Part shown: positions 19,254 to 28,721 of the stretch, one piece after another
How the letters are laid out: each line of letters opens with the position of its first letter
Numbering within the stretch: position 1 is the first letter of the stretch
Virus record (IMG/VR): IMGVR_UViG_3300024262_000017
Coordinates: 32,001-96,000 of that record
DNA from: a virus
Reading direction: 5' to 3' (one strand)
DNA: 64,000 nucleotides
Position numbers and translations under genes: made by a program
The notes under the pieces: generated by a model
What the model was told of the DNA's origin: nothing
The model's database searches: none
The model's input: only the letters and a program-made list of their open reading frames with translations

Positions 19254-20114
19254 GTGCATATGGCAATTCATTTTTCCCCTGAAGCAGTACTACACGCACC
19301 TTGGTCAATGAGTAAGGCAGAAGCTGCTAAAAATTGTAGCTTTGCATTCAACCTACGGTACGTAAATAGAGTCAAAGGTGTAACCCCACCACAAAGTGCT
19401 GCAAGTAGAATTGGAAAAGCAGCACACAGTATTCTAGAAGGAATTTTGAAAGATAGGTCAGACACACCATTCAAACAAATGAGAAATCTCTTATTCCGCG
19501 CAAGCATAGACCAGCAATTAACAACACCTGAAATAGAAGAACTTGCGGCCTTCACACATTCGATTGCAAACTTCTATCGGCGTATTCAGGTGTACCGTGA
19601 AAAGAAGGGTGTCACCTCGATGTTTGTGGAGCGTCGTTTTGGGTTACGACCTGACTTAGGCCCAACAGACTTTTGGGGAAAAGACATTCCGGGAGCTGGT
19701 GTTGATTTCAAAGGCCGGCCAATACGTGATGTCTTCTTTCGTGGTGTTTGGGATTTGGTCATGTTGGCTTCTGGCTATGCCATTATTATTGACCACAAGT
19801 CAGGCGTTGTTCCAAAAGATGTATCGGATGTAAATGCTCATTATGAGCACCAGTTGAATCTCTATGCAGTTGCAGCTCTCAGTTTGTTTCCTGAAATCAA
19901 AGGTGCTCAGTCTGCCTTGCATTTTCTTCAGAGTGAAGAAATCATCTGGGGTCCAATGGTTACAGCAGACCAAATCAAAGAAAAGCTCATTCCTTGGTAC
20001 GTTGATTACATCAATCGCTCCGCAAGCGCTGTTGCACTGAACACCCCGCAAAAAGGGTGGTACTGTGATTTCTGTGAATACACAGCGCTGTGTCCTTTAC
20101 AAAACTGTACATAG
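19254..20114 (+). CDS. Second PD-(D/E)xK Cas4/RecB-like nuclease
   Basis: WSMSK...C, GKAAHSILE, RGVWDL, IIDHKSG, QLNLYA, CDFCEY..LC. Confidence 0.85.
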   Translation: MHMAIHFSPEAVLHAPWSMSKAEAAKNCSFAFNLRYVNRVKGVTPPQSAASRIGKAAHSILEGILKDRSDTPFKQMRNLLFRASIDQQLTTPEIEELAAFTHSIANFYRRIQVYREKKGVTSMFVERRFGLRPDLGPTDFWGKDIPGAGVDFKGRPIRDVFFRGVWDLVMLASGYAIIIDHKSGVVPKDVSDVNAHYEHQLNLYAVAALSLFPEIKGAQSALHFLQSEEIIWGPMVTADQIKEKLIPWYVDYINRSASAVALNTPQKGWYCDFCEYTALCPLQNCT

Positions 20115-20126
20115 AAATAAGAGGGG

Positions 20127-23100
20127 TTGTCTGTGGCAGCGAACGCAAAAGTGGAAAATGTTTCCCCTGAACAGTTGAAGAAACTCTGGTCCAAAATTTC
20201 GGCAGGCGACTGGTTTCAATTACTCAATGAATACAAACCCGGTCATAACTGGGTACAACGTGGCGGGAAAATATCTGGGCGATGTATCTATCACGCAGAA
20301 AAAACTCCATCCTTCCATGTTGACCCCGTAAGTGGTTTTGCTCATTGCTTTGGTGGTAGTTGTCCAACAAAGCACGTTTGGAATCCAGTTAGACTAGCAG
20401 CCGACATCATGGGCATCGGGTACGCCCAGGCAATCCGCCAACTCAAAAGTCGTTTTGGTGTTGTTCTACCTTCTGCGTACGCAAACAATGTTCAGAAAAT
20501 TGAGGAGAATGATGACCTGAAACGAGTCCTGCGTACGGTGATGAATCGCGAGTTGTGTGACGCTTTGGTTGACCCGGAAGACCCAAAGTTTGCATACTTG
20601 GAAGCCACGAAACTCATTGGTTGGTTCCGTGAACGTGGACTCCCAGAAGACGTAATACATCAGTTACCTATTGGGGTCATTCCAACGCATGAGCGCTTGT
20701 ATGATAGGCTCGACGAATTGCCCAATGGAAAGGAGTATCGAGAAGCAGCACATACCTATCTGAGAGATTGTTTTACTACCCCTGGGAATCCCATGAAGTA
20801 CGAAGGCTTCCTAGCATTCTTTTACTACAAGAGCCCGACGGAGATTGGGCGTATTCGTATTCGGAAACCTCGCACACCAAAAGTGTATGCGTTGGACGAC
20901 CCATACGAGCAGCAAGTTGGCTTCTTCGGTTTGAATATGTACCCTGAGTTAATGAACGCGTTGGACAACCACGCGTTACATATCATCGAGGGAGAGTTTG
21001 ACGCCCTTTCTATTATTGCCCACCAGTTAGCCAACGGACGCAGTGATGTTTGTGCAGTTGGAACTGGTGGTACCATGATGGAATCACACGTTGATGAGCT
21101 CTCCACTTTTGGCTTCGTCAAGAAGTACCTCATCCCTGACAATGACCGTCCAGGCATTGAGTGGGCACGTACCATCTTGTCAGAAAACAAAGATGTCAAT
21201 CGCGTCTTTACCTGGGATGATGACCTGGACCAACAAATAAAGGACGTGGACCAAGCAATTCGTGTCTATGGTTTTGATGACTTCTATGACCGTCTTACCG
21301 ATGAAAGCTCTTATCAATTCAACCATGAATGGGCCAATGCTCAAGTCACTAAGAGGATGGCACTTATTCCACCTGGAGATCTTGAAGAGCGCAACAAGCT
21401 GGTAATTGAATTCGGTAAGGCACTATCGAAAGACTCAGAGCGAGAAGCCTTCATTGCTTACGTTACTGAAGAATTTGGTATGTCTAGAGAAGTTATTGTT
21501 CAACACATTGCTCCTGATGACACACCGGAAGGATTCAAGTACCGCGTCGCAAAACGTCTACAGGAAGAGTACTATTTTCTATCGGATGACATCTCTGGTG
21601 GTACGAGCATGCTTGTCATTGCTTGGAGTCGCCGCAAAAGAGTCGTTCGAAAATTTCCCATGGATGCCGAGAAGAAAATTCGTGCAGCCTTACAGTGTGA
21701 CATTGGGTTGCTAGAAGATTACACCAAAAAACACTTTGGGATTCCCGACTTCATTCAATACAAGCTTGGACCTAAGGGACAACTTGTGGAGCGTTCAGAC
21801 ATGGATATTTCTAAGATGCTTACCCACTATTATTCACACGCTTTCACCGTTGCCTCAAAGAATACTGAGCCAGCAGAACGTCTAGTCCAGCTAGGACAGG
21901 GTGTTCATTACATTGACAACCCCGATGAAAATGAACGCGTCATTTACGTAGTAAACGGAACACACTTTTTTCGAGGTGTCTTTAGTCAAGATGGAGAAGA
22001 AGTCACGTATGAAAATATCGACTGTCCCCGGTTCGAAAACTACATTTTCAATCTCAACAATGCGCCGTGGTCAGTGAACATCAAAACAGTCAAAGACCTG
22101 GAAGAAGCAAGTAGCCAGTGTGACCCGGTAGAAGTGTACCAAAAGGTAAAGAAGATTCTTGATATCGGCTGGAAGTTTTACAACCATGAATTGGAGTCCA
22201 TGTTCTTGGCAGCTGATACGATGTACACAACCGTCGCAGATTTATTCAAGACTGTAGTTATGGCTGACGTGACTGGAGTCACACACAGCGGGAAGACCAC
22301 CTTGTTACAAATTATTGGTGGTCATGAATTTCCAGGTTACCGTCTGTGCGAAGCAACTGAAACGCTATCAGACTTCTCTGCTGCTGGTATGAGAAACCTC
22401 ATGTCTGGTCACAAGCTTCGGTTGTTCATTGATGAGTTTGAAGATAATGATTTCGGTGTTGGGCGCCCCAGTCGTAAGTCAGCAGCTGTCCGTGAAATCC
22501 TAGACATCATCAGAAACATGTCTTCAGGTGGCGCAGATAGTGTACGAGGGGATACATCAGGTGGGTTCTTGCGGTTCAAGCTTCAGTTTCCTCTTACTGT
22601 CAGTGGTATTTACACCATGCAAGAAGCACGAGACTTGAATCGTTTTGTTCACATTCGCACCCAACGAATTGATGGGTTCACAAATCCCATCGTCCCCATT
22701 CAGAAAGCTTTTTCCATCAAGGACATGCAAAAGCTCCGACGACAGCTTACCCTGTGTTGGTTTTCACGAATCCCCGAGCTGTTGAAAGCTTTTGAAGAAG
22801 TAAAAAATGACTTCGCTGGTGGGGCTAATCTACCAGCAGGTATGTACAGTCGGATGACTGACAACTTTTTACCGGCAGCAACGATACTGAAACTCGTAGG
22901 AGAAGACCACGTCAAATTTGTTCAAAAGTTTAGTGAGCTGAAGATGCAAGAACTTGTTGAACAAGGTGGCGCTGCCAAAGAGTCTGCTGAAATTTGGAGT
23001 GAAGTACTTCATGCATCTATTGCCTTGCATCAACTTACGCAAGAGGTAGATGAGACAGTTGTTGGGTTAGCAAAACTGCTGTCCGACCCACACAAGCATT

Positions 23101-23498
23101 ACATCTTGGATAAGATTGACCTTGGTGTTTACTTCTTACCAGAAAAAATGTGGCTCATTGTATTTTGGAAAAAAGCTGTTACAGGTGTTCTTCGCAACTC
23201 AACGAAATTTCGTAACGTACAACATCACGGACACCTGAAGGTAATAGCCGATACTGACCCTCGCGTAATACCAAAAGAACAACTTGCTCGTGGTAGCTTT
23301 CTTCAAAAGGAAATATGGCCGAGGGTCAATGCTACAATCGGTTTGAATGAAATAAGTGTTTTCAACCTTGAAGGAACACTTGTAATCAAAGAAGACAGTG
23401 AGCCTGCTTTACGAGACAGTCAACGCCGAGAACGTATGTTGGGTGATATACCACAAGCAACACTCCCCAAAACAAATAAAGGAAACTTCGACGTATGA
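20127..23498 (+). CDS. DNA primase (Zn-finger + TOPRIM) fused to helicase
   Basis: CIYHAEKTPSF...HCFGGSC; IIEGEFDAL, PDND; Walker A GVTHSGKT, Walker B LFIDE. Confidence 0.88.
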   Translation: MSVAANAKVENVSPEQLKKLWSKISAGDWFQLLNEYKPGHNWVQRGGKISGRCIYHAEKTPSFHVDPVSGFAHCFGGSCPTKHVWNPVRLAADIMGIGYAQAIRQLKSRFGVVLPSAYANNVQKIEENDDLKRVLRTVMNRELCDALVDPEDPKFAYLEATKLIGWFRERGLPEDVIHQLPIGVIPTHERLYDRLDELPNGKEYREAAHTYLRDCFTTPGNPMKYEGFLAFFYYKSPTEIGRIRIRKPRTPKVYALDDPYEQQVGFFGLNMYPELMNALDNHALHIIEGEFDALSIIAHQLANGRSDVCAVGTGGTMMESHVDELSTFGFVKKYLIPDNDRPGIEWARTILSENKDVNRVFTWDDDLDQQIKDVDQAIRVYGFDDFYDRLTDESSYQFNHEWANAQVTKRMALIPPGDLEERNKLVIEFGKALSKDSEREAFIAYVTEEFGMSREVIVQHIAPDDTPEGFKYRVAKRLQEEYYFLSDDISGGTSMLVIAWSRRKRVVRKFPMDAEKKIRAALQCDIGLLEDYTKKHFGIPDFIQYKLGPKGQLVERSDMDISKMLTHYYSHAFTVASKNTEPAERLVQLGQGVHYIDNPDENERVIYVVNGTHFFRGVFSQDGEEVTYENIDCPRFENYIFNLNNAPWSVNIKTVKDLEEASSQCDPVEVYQKVKKILDIGWKFYNHELESMFLAADTMYTTVADLFKTVVMADVTGVTHSGKTTLLQIIGGHEFPGYRLCEATETLSDFSAAGMRNLMSGHKLRLFIDEFEDNDFGVGRPSRKSAAVREILDIIRNMSSGGADSVRGDTSGGFLRFKLQFPLTVSGIYTMQEARDLNRFVHIRTQRIDGFTNPIVPIQKAFSIKDMQKLRRQLTLCWFSRIPELLKAFEEVKNDFAGGANLPAGMYSRMTDNFLPAATILKLVGEDHVKFVQKFSELKMQELVEQGGAAKESAEIWSEVLHASIALHQLTQEVDETVVGLAKLLSDPHKHYILDKIDLGVYFLPEKMWLIVFWKKAVTGVLRNSTKFRNVQHHGHLKVIADTDPRVIPKEQLARGSFLQKEIWPRVNATIGLNEISVFNLEGTLVIKEDSEPALRDSQRRERMLGDIPQATLPKTNKGNFDV

Positions 23499-26392
23499 AA
23501 GGACTTGAATGTGTAGGGTGCCCAGCGCAGTATGAACCCTGTCTTAACACTGGACATGGCGACAGTCCAGCACACATCATTGTTGTGGGTGGTGCCCCTT
23601 CAGGTTTTTCAATTGGACAACAACAAGCTTTCTATGGTAGGCACGGGCGCTTATTCAAACAACTCTTAGACATCATCCGACGCTATGGTGATAACAAGTA
23701 CGCCGGAATGAAAGTACACTTCACCTATGCAACCATGGTGGGTGCGTACGAACCAACTGCAGAACACATAACCCATTGTCGACCTATAGTCATGCGACAG
23801 ATTCGCAAGGTGCAGGGTTTCAATGGAAAGAATCCCATACTTGTTCCACTCGGGCCAGTTGCAGCGAAAGCAATTGGAATCAATTTCAGAAAAATTGTAG
23901 ATGTTGTTGGCCGGGAATTCACGGTGAATATCCCAGACCCGAGTGGAACGCAGCAGTACACAGCAATCCCCCTGTTGTCTATGAAGCACCTTGAAACAAA
24001 AATTGGTACTGCCAATGTTGTACTGGCAGGGCTACTCAAGGCTGTGTCTTTAGGCTATGGAGAACGGGATTACCGAATACCTTTGGAAGAGCTTACAAAG
24101 GACTACATCTATCCAAAAACGATTCAGGAAGTTTCAGACCTGGTCGACCATGTCATCGAGTACTACGATCCTGAAAATGGAACTGGTCCTGAACAGTGGG
24201 CAATTAGTTTGGACACTGAGACCAACACGGTCAAACCCTTTTCTCACCCAGATCCAAAAGTGCTCATGCTCTCTGTGGGCTGGGATAATCGTAAGGCTGC
24301 GACCATCTTATTAGACCACCCAGAAGTTCCATACGACCCGAAGGAAGCATGGGTACATGTAAAGCGATTATTAGAATGCCCGAAACCTAAGTGTTTCCAG
24401 AACTGGAAATTTGATAAGAAATTTCTGGAGACAGTTTATGGTTACCGCGTTCACCGTGTGACGTGGGATACCATGTTGGGTGAGCATTACATTGACGAAG
24501 ACAAAAAGGGTCATTACGGCTTGAAGCAGTTGACTTCTATCTACTGCCCAGACTACGAAGGCTATGATGACAAGCTCCATGCAGCGTTGCGCAGCAACGA
24601 AGAGCTCGATGATGATGATGAGGATGAGGACGACGTCGTAGGCCGAGCAGAAGTGCTCGTGCTTTCCGACGAGGAAGTACTGAAGTACCATGAGAGTAAT
24701 GGTTGTCCAGAAGATCGCATCAAACCTCTTTGGCCAATTCTTATAGCAGCCATTGAAGAACGTAATGCACTGAAAAAGATTCAAAAGAAAAATCGAACAA
24801 GCCTTGAACAGGGAAACTTTGACTTCCTCAAAAAGTCTATCGATAGCTATCGAAGCCAACTTGAAATTCCCCGTCCAAAAAGGAAAAAGGCTGACACAAC
24901 AGAGAAGGAGAATACTCCACGTGGTGGGGGTTTTAGCGACATCGACTTGGCTACCATCTTACAATACGCTGCAGCTGATGCTGATGTTACACGAATCATT
25001 CTTCGTGCTCAGGTACAAAGATTACAACGGTCAGGAGATTGGGAAGACTGTAAGCGCGTCATGCGTTATCTATACCTGCCAGCTTCAAACACACTGAGCA
25101 ACATGGAATTTCGTGGGTTCCAGCAAAACACAGTCTACCGCGATGACCTTATTGCTGAAGTTAGTGTACGCATGAATGCAGTCCGTGAGTTATTTGCACG
25201 GAAGTTTGACCCCACGTTGAATTTGAATGCCCCACAACAACTTGCAGAGTACATGTCACGATTGAACTTTGCAGCCATTCCAGGTGAAGAGGCTGGTGGC
25301 ACCGGTAAGGATATCCTCGATAAGTATGAAACGATGTACCCCGAGGATGACCCGCGGCACATCTTTGCACAGAAGCTTGTAGAGTACCGTGAAACCAACA
25401 AGACACTTGGCACGTATCTGCGTCCGTATGCAAAGATGGCCCGAGCAGATAACAAGATTCATTGTGTGTTTCATTTGCCGGGAACCTCCACTGGCAGACT
25501 TTCATCTGCAGGTCCCAATCTCCAGAACGTTCCCCTCATCACTGCCAGAAAAATCAAAAAAGGTGATGATGGTGAAAACGTTGTCATTCATCCAGGGTAC
25601 AATATTAAGAAACTATTTGTCCCTTCAAAAGAAGACCACGTCATTGTGAACTGTGACATCAAGGGTGCCGAGCTCCGGGTTGCCACGGCCTATTCAAAAG
25701 ACGAACTGATGATAGAGGCTTTTCGCAGAGGCATTGATATCCATTCATTGGTTACTTCAAAAGTTTACAAGCTAGACTATGACCTCGTGAACTCATTGAA
25801 GAACACAGACCCTGAGATAAAAGAAAAACGTGGTCGGTGTAAGAGCGTTGTCTTTGCTACCTATTATGGTGGCGGACCTTTCAAGATTGCTCAGCAAATC
25901 AATTCAACTAAGGAGGAAGCAGAGCAACTTCAGAATTTCTTGTTTAATGAATTCCCTGGTATCCGAAATTACATCAGTGGTGTAGAACACGAAGTCCGTA
26001 CCTTCCAAGTAGTTAGCACACTCTTTGGTCGAAGACGTAGATTTCGCTTAGCGCATGTCGACTACACGCACATGGCAGAAGCCATTCGTGAAGCTGTGAA
26101 CTTCAAAATTCAAAGCACCAGTGCTGACCTTGTCCTGTCACAGATGTGTGAGATGGACGATAACTTTGGTGACATCGATGCAGAGATGCTCATCACTGTA
26201 CACGATTCTGTCGTGTTTCAAATGCCCCGAGCAAACTTGTACATGTTGCATGATTTCCTTGACCATTGGGTTGTTGACCGTGTGGCTGAAAAGTATGATT
26301 GGTTACCAGTGCCATTCCTCTATGATGTAGAGGTTGGTCCGTCCTATGGAGAAGCGAAACCATTCAGTAGAGAGGATGCAAATGGCAACTAA
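23495..26392 (+). CDS. Family A DNA polymerase with N-terminal UDG-like domain and 3'-5' exonuclease
   Basis: UDG-like CxxC...IIVVGGAP...FYGRHG...LVPLGPVA. Exo motifs DTET, NWKFD, YAAAD. Pol motifs TGRLSS..PNLQN, DIKGAELR, R..CK...F..YYG, VHDS. Confidence 0.95.
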   Translation: MKGLECVGCPAQYEPCLNTGHGDSPAHIIVVGGAPSGFSIGQQQAFYGRHGRLFKQLLDIIRRYGDNKYAGMKVHFTYATMVGAYEPTAEHITHCRPIVMRQIRKVQGFNGKNPILVPLGPVAAKAIGINFRKIVDVVGREFTVNIPDPSGTQQYTAIPLLSMKHLETKIGTANVVLAGLLKAVSLGYGERDYRIPLEELTKDYIYPKTIQEVSDLVDHVIEYYDPENGTGPEQWAISLDTETNTVKPFSHPDPKVLMLSVGWDNRKAATILLDHPEVPYDPKEAWVHVKRLLECPKPKCFQNWKFDKKFLETVYGYRVHRVTWDTMLGEHYIDEDKKGHYGLKQLTSIYCPDYEGYDDKLHAALRSNEELDDDDEDEDDVVGRAEVLVLSDEEVLKYHESNGCPEDRIKPLWPILIAAIEERNALKKIQKKNRTSLEQGNFDFLKKSIDSYRSQLEIPRPKRKKADTTEKENTPRGGGFSDIDLATILQYAAADADVTRIILRAQVQRLQRSGDWEDCKRVMRYLYLPASNTLSNMEFRGFQQNTVYRDDLIAEVSVRMNAVRELFARKFDPTLNLNAPQQLAEYMSRLNFAAIPGEEAGGTGKDILDKYETMYPEDDPRHIFAQKLVEYRETNKTLGTYLRPYAKMARADNKIHCVFHLPGTSTGRLSSAGPNLQNVPLITARKIKKGDDGENVVIHPGYNIKKLFVPSKEDHVIVNCDIKGAELRVATAYSKDELMIEAFRRGIDIHSLVTSKVYKLDYDLVNSLKNTDPEIKEKRGRCKSVVFATYYGGGPFKIAQQINSTKEEAEQLQNFLFNEFPGIRNYISGVEHEVRTFQVVSTLFGRRRRFRLAHVDYTHMAEAIREAVNFKIQSTSADLVLSQMCEMDDNFGDIDAEMLITVHDSVVFQMPRANLYMLHDFLDHWVVDRVAEKYDWLPVPFLYDVEVGPSYGEAKPFSREDANGN

Positions 26393-26693
26393 GAAAAAGG
26401 AAACAACTCACCCGGTTTTCAAGATGTATGTTACCCAAGCGGGTATCTACATCGGGGGTGAAGAGGTACAACGTACCGGTGCTGTGTTAGAAGTCAACGA
26501 CCCTGTGTTTGTTACATCCTCAGCAGATGGTACGGGCTATGAGTTCAAACCTGTCCAATTCGTTTCAGCAGGTGAGAGCTTACAGCTCTACACATACGGC
26601 CTGCTTGGGGATGCAGCGATGCCCAGTGGCATGGTTGCGTGGTTCACACAGTACCGGTCACATCGAGCAAAGCAAGCTGAACTGCAACCTTAG
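26382..26693 (+). CDS. Hypothetical protein
   Basis: GAGG RBS; overlaps the polymerase stop codon. Confidence 0.6.
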   Translation: MATKKKETTHPVFKMYVTQAGIYIGGEEVQRTGAVLEVNDPVFVTSSADGTGYEFKPVQFVSAGESLQLYTYGLLGDAAMPSGMVAWFTQYRSHRAKQAELQP

Positions 26694-26707
26694 CTTTACT
26701 GAGTAAA

Positions 26708-26882
26708 TACACTTGGCATGACAATGCACTGTCAGGGGTGCGGAAACCGCACCTGATGTTTCCCCCGTTGACATCCGGGGAAACAGGAGTCCTCCGGCGA
26801 CCTCGTGCCCACGAACGCAGCTCATGCAGCTCGTCCGTCACAGCTCGATGCCGCGTGCCGATTCGGAATCTTAGCAAGTGTA
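26708..26882 (+). ncRNA. Structured ncRNA candidate, unit 1 (retron msr-msd-like)
   Basis: Closing stem TACACTTG/CAAGTGTA with G26716 opposite G26874. Hairpins TGACA/TGTCA, GGTGCGG/CCGCACC, TGTTTCCCC/GGGGAAACA. Confidence 0.5.
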
Positions 26883-26890
26883 AGTAGACC

Positions 26891-27090
26891 AGACGAATTA
26901 GTTTTATTTCGGTTGTTCGGATGGGCTGTGTTACACAGCCCGATTTTTACCGAAACAATCCGGCGCCGAGCGCTCAAATTTCCAACATAACACTGTCCGA
27001 CTTCGTCGGAGCACTCGTGTTTTGTTGGAATTTTGAGCAGCACGGACTTGGATTGTTTCTTTTCCTGCAGTAAAAATTCGTAATTCGTCT
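26891..27090 (+). ncRNA. Structured ncRNA candidate, unit 2 (retron msr-msd-like)
   Basis: Perfect 10-bp closing stem AGACGAATTA/TAATTCGTCT with unpaired G26901 (TTAG context) opposite G27080. Short hairpin GGGCTGTG/CACAGCCC, then a long hairpin of about 138 nt at 26942-27079. Confidence 0.65.
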
Positions 27091-28682
27091 TAGTCCTCTT
27101 TGTCGTAGAACTGCAAATCACCTTGGACTACCTTCATTGCAAGCCACCCAAATATCATAGCGTGGAGTGCATCGTCTGGGCAGTTCGGAGCATGTTTCCA
27201 AATAGTACGGATGGAACCACCCTGACCGGAGTGAGTGCTCTCTTGGTAGAGGTTCATGACATCCTGGATAGGTACAGCAGTCTGGCGAGCATTTGGAAAT
27301 ATGATACCTTGTTTTTTGAGCTGTAACATAAAGGTGTCGATGGACGCAGTACGGTTCACAAGGTATCGAGTTCCTTGCTTGTTCCAACGAATAAGCTGTG
27401 CAAATCCAGAACCACCACCATACTGTGCTTGCCCGACACGATGTTCTCCAAGCCGGTCACGTAAAACAGAGTTTGCAACTGCACCTTCACCAGCATCACC
27501 TATGACATAGCGACACTGGCATGCATCAAATATGCGTGCGACCTCTTCAACATCTTCGATAGAATTTGCCTTGGGGAAAATTCTGAAGTACAGAGTTTTG
27601 AGTTTGTAATCTTCGGTCAAACCCCAAACCCAACATGCTGTTCTAGAGTTCGCACCATGGTCACTGTTGCCAGCCCAGTCAACACCCCCAACTATTGCGC
27701 GTATTCCTTGAAGCGTGGTAGGTGGGATGGGAAGTTCAACATAGTAGTCTTCACAGAGCGTTAGCAATTCTCCTTGAGAAATGAAGCGAGTCCCTGTGTC
27801 GTTTGATACTCCGAGTACCTCATTCTTGAATTGAGTTTCTGGGTAACTAGCCAACTTCTCTAAAATGCGTTCCCAACGAACAGGTATTTCTACGTTTCTA
27901 GGAAGCATAGGTTGAGAAATGTGAAACCCTTTAATCACCGCTTCAGGATTCATGTCGTACCACTGACCGAGTCTTGGGTTCAGGTACTTTCCACATTTCA
28001 AACAAATGATTCCATATCGCCCAATAGACCGTGCATCATCTACGTAGTTCCACTTGTTGCAGCCTTCGCATTTCATAATCCATTCTGCTTGGGTGCTTTT
28101 TTGCCACAGAAACTCGATGGTGTTCTCCATCGACTTTGGTGTTCCACAGTAAGCCATCAAAGCATGGTCAGAGTTAGCCATACACTCTTTGACAACTGGG
28201 ATGACAGCATCGTAAACGATGTCTTGGACTTCATCTATCAATTCCCGGTCAGCAGTAATACCTCGAATTCTGTCAGGGTCATCCCAAGCATAAGAAAGAG
28301 ACAGTTCTGAACCATTAGCCAATATCTGTAGCAACACATTGTTTGGTAAGGAGGAGTCAATAAAGTTGTCTCGAATAAGAGGGCTGTAATGTATCATTTT
28401 TGACAAGCGTGTGTTGCTGAACTTGCTTGTTTGCTCTCGCGTTGGGGAAACATACAGAGTTCGGAAGTGGTCAATTGCAACACTGTCTGTCAGCATGAGG
28501 CAAGAACAAGTTGTGCTCTTACTTACCTGCCTCCCAGTTTTCATTAAGATTTCGCGGGAGTCAGTGTTGTAGACGTCAGCTAAGAATGGGTAGTCGTATA
28601 GGTTGTATGGTTTACCATCTAACCAGAACCAGCTTTGTGCAATATGTGAACGTGTGTGTTTACCTAAATTGATTTTCGCCAT
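27090..28682 (-). CDS. Terminase large subunit (GpA-like)
   Basis: KTGRQVSKST Walker A, IDEVQD Walker B, GTPK, CEGC..CLKC Zn finger, GGVDW nuclease, PDDALHA. Confidence 0.9.
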   Translation of the reverse strand: MAKINLGKHTRSHIAQSWFWLDGKPYNLYDYPFLADVYNTDSREILMKTGRQVSKSTTCSCLMLTDSVAIDHFRTLYVSPTREQTSKFSNTRLSKMIHYSPLIRDNFIDSSLPNNVLLQILANGSELSLSYAWDDPDRIRGITADRELIDEVQDIVYDAVIPVVKECMANSDHALMAYCGTPKSMENTIEFLWQKSTQAEWIMKCEGCNKWNYVDDARSIGRYGIICLKCGKYLNPRLGQWYDMNPEAVIKGFHISQPMLPRNVEIPVRWERILEKLASYPETQFKNEVLGVSNDTGTRFISQGELLTLCEDYYVELPIPPTTLQGIRAIVGGVDWAGNSDHGANSRTACWVWGLTEDYKLKTLYFRIFPKANSIEDVEEVARIFDACQCRYVIGDAGEGAVANSVLRDRLGEHRVGQAQYGGGSGFAQLIRWNKQGTRYLVNRTASIDTFMLQLKKQGIIFPNARQTAVPIQDVMNLYQESTHSGQGGSIRTIWKHAPNCPDDALHAMIFGWLAMKVVQGDLQFYDKED

Positions 28683-28691
28683 AACCCACCT

Positions 28692-28721
28692 ATTATAAGG
28701 AGTGTTTGGATGTCACCACAA
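28692..28721 (-). promoter_or_regulatory. Promoter TTGTGG-18-TATAAT for terminase, overlapping a divergent TTGATT-16-TATTAT
   Basis: 27-bp divergent intergenic gap with boxes on both strands. Confidence 0.5.

Noticed and set aside
26768-26773. TTGACA as a promoter
   Set aside because: No -10 box at 16-18 nt; it sits in a hairpin loop.
26644-27121. Short ORFs of 61-99 aa across the structured region
   Set aside because: No convincing RBS or motifs; dense base-pairing is better explained by an RNA/ssDNA structure.
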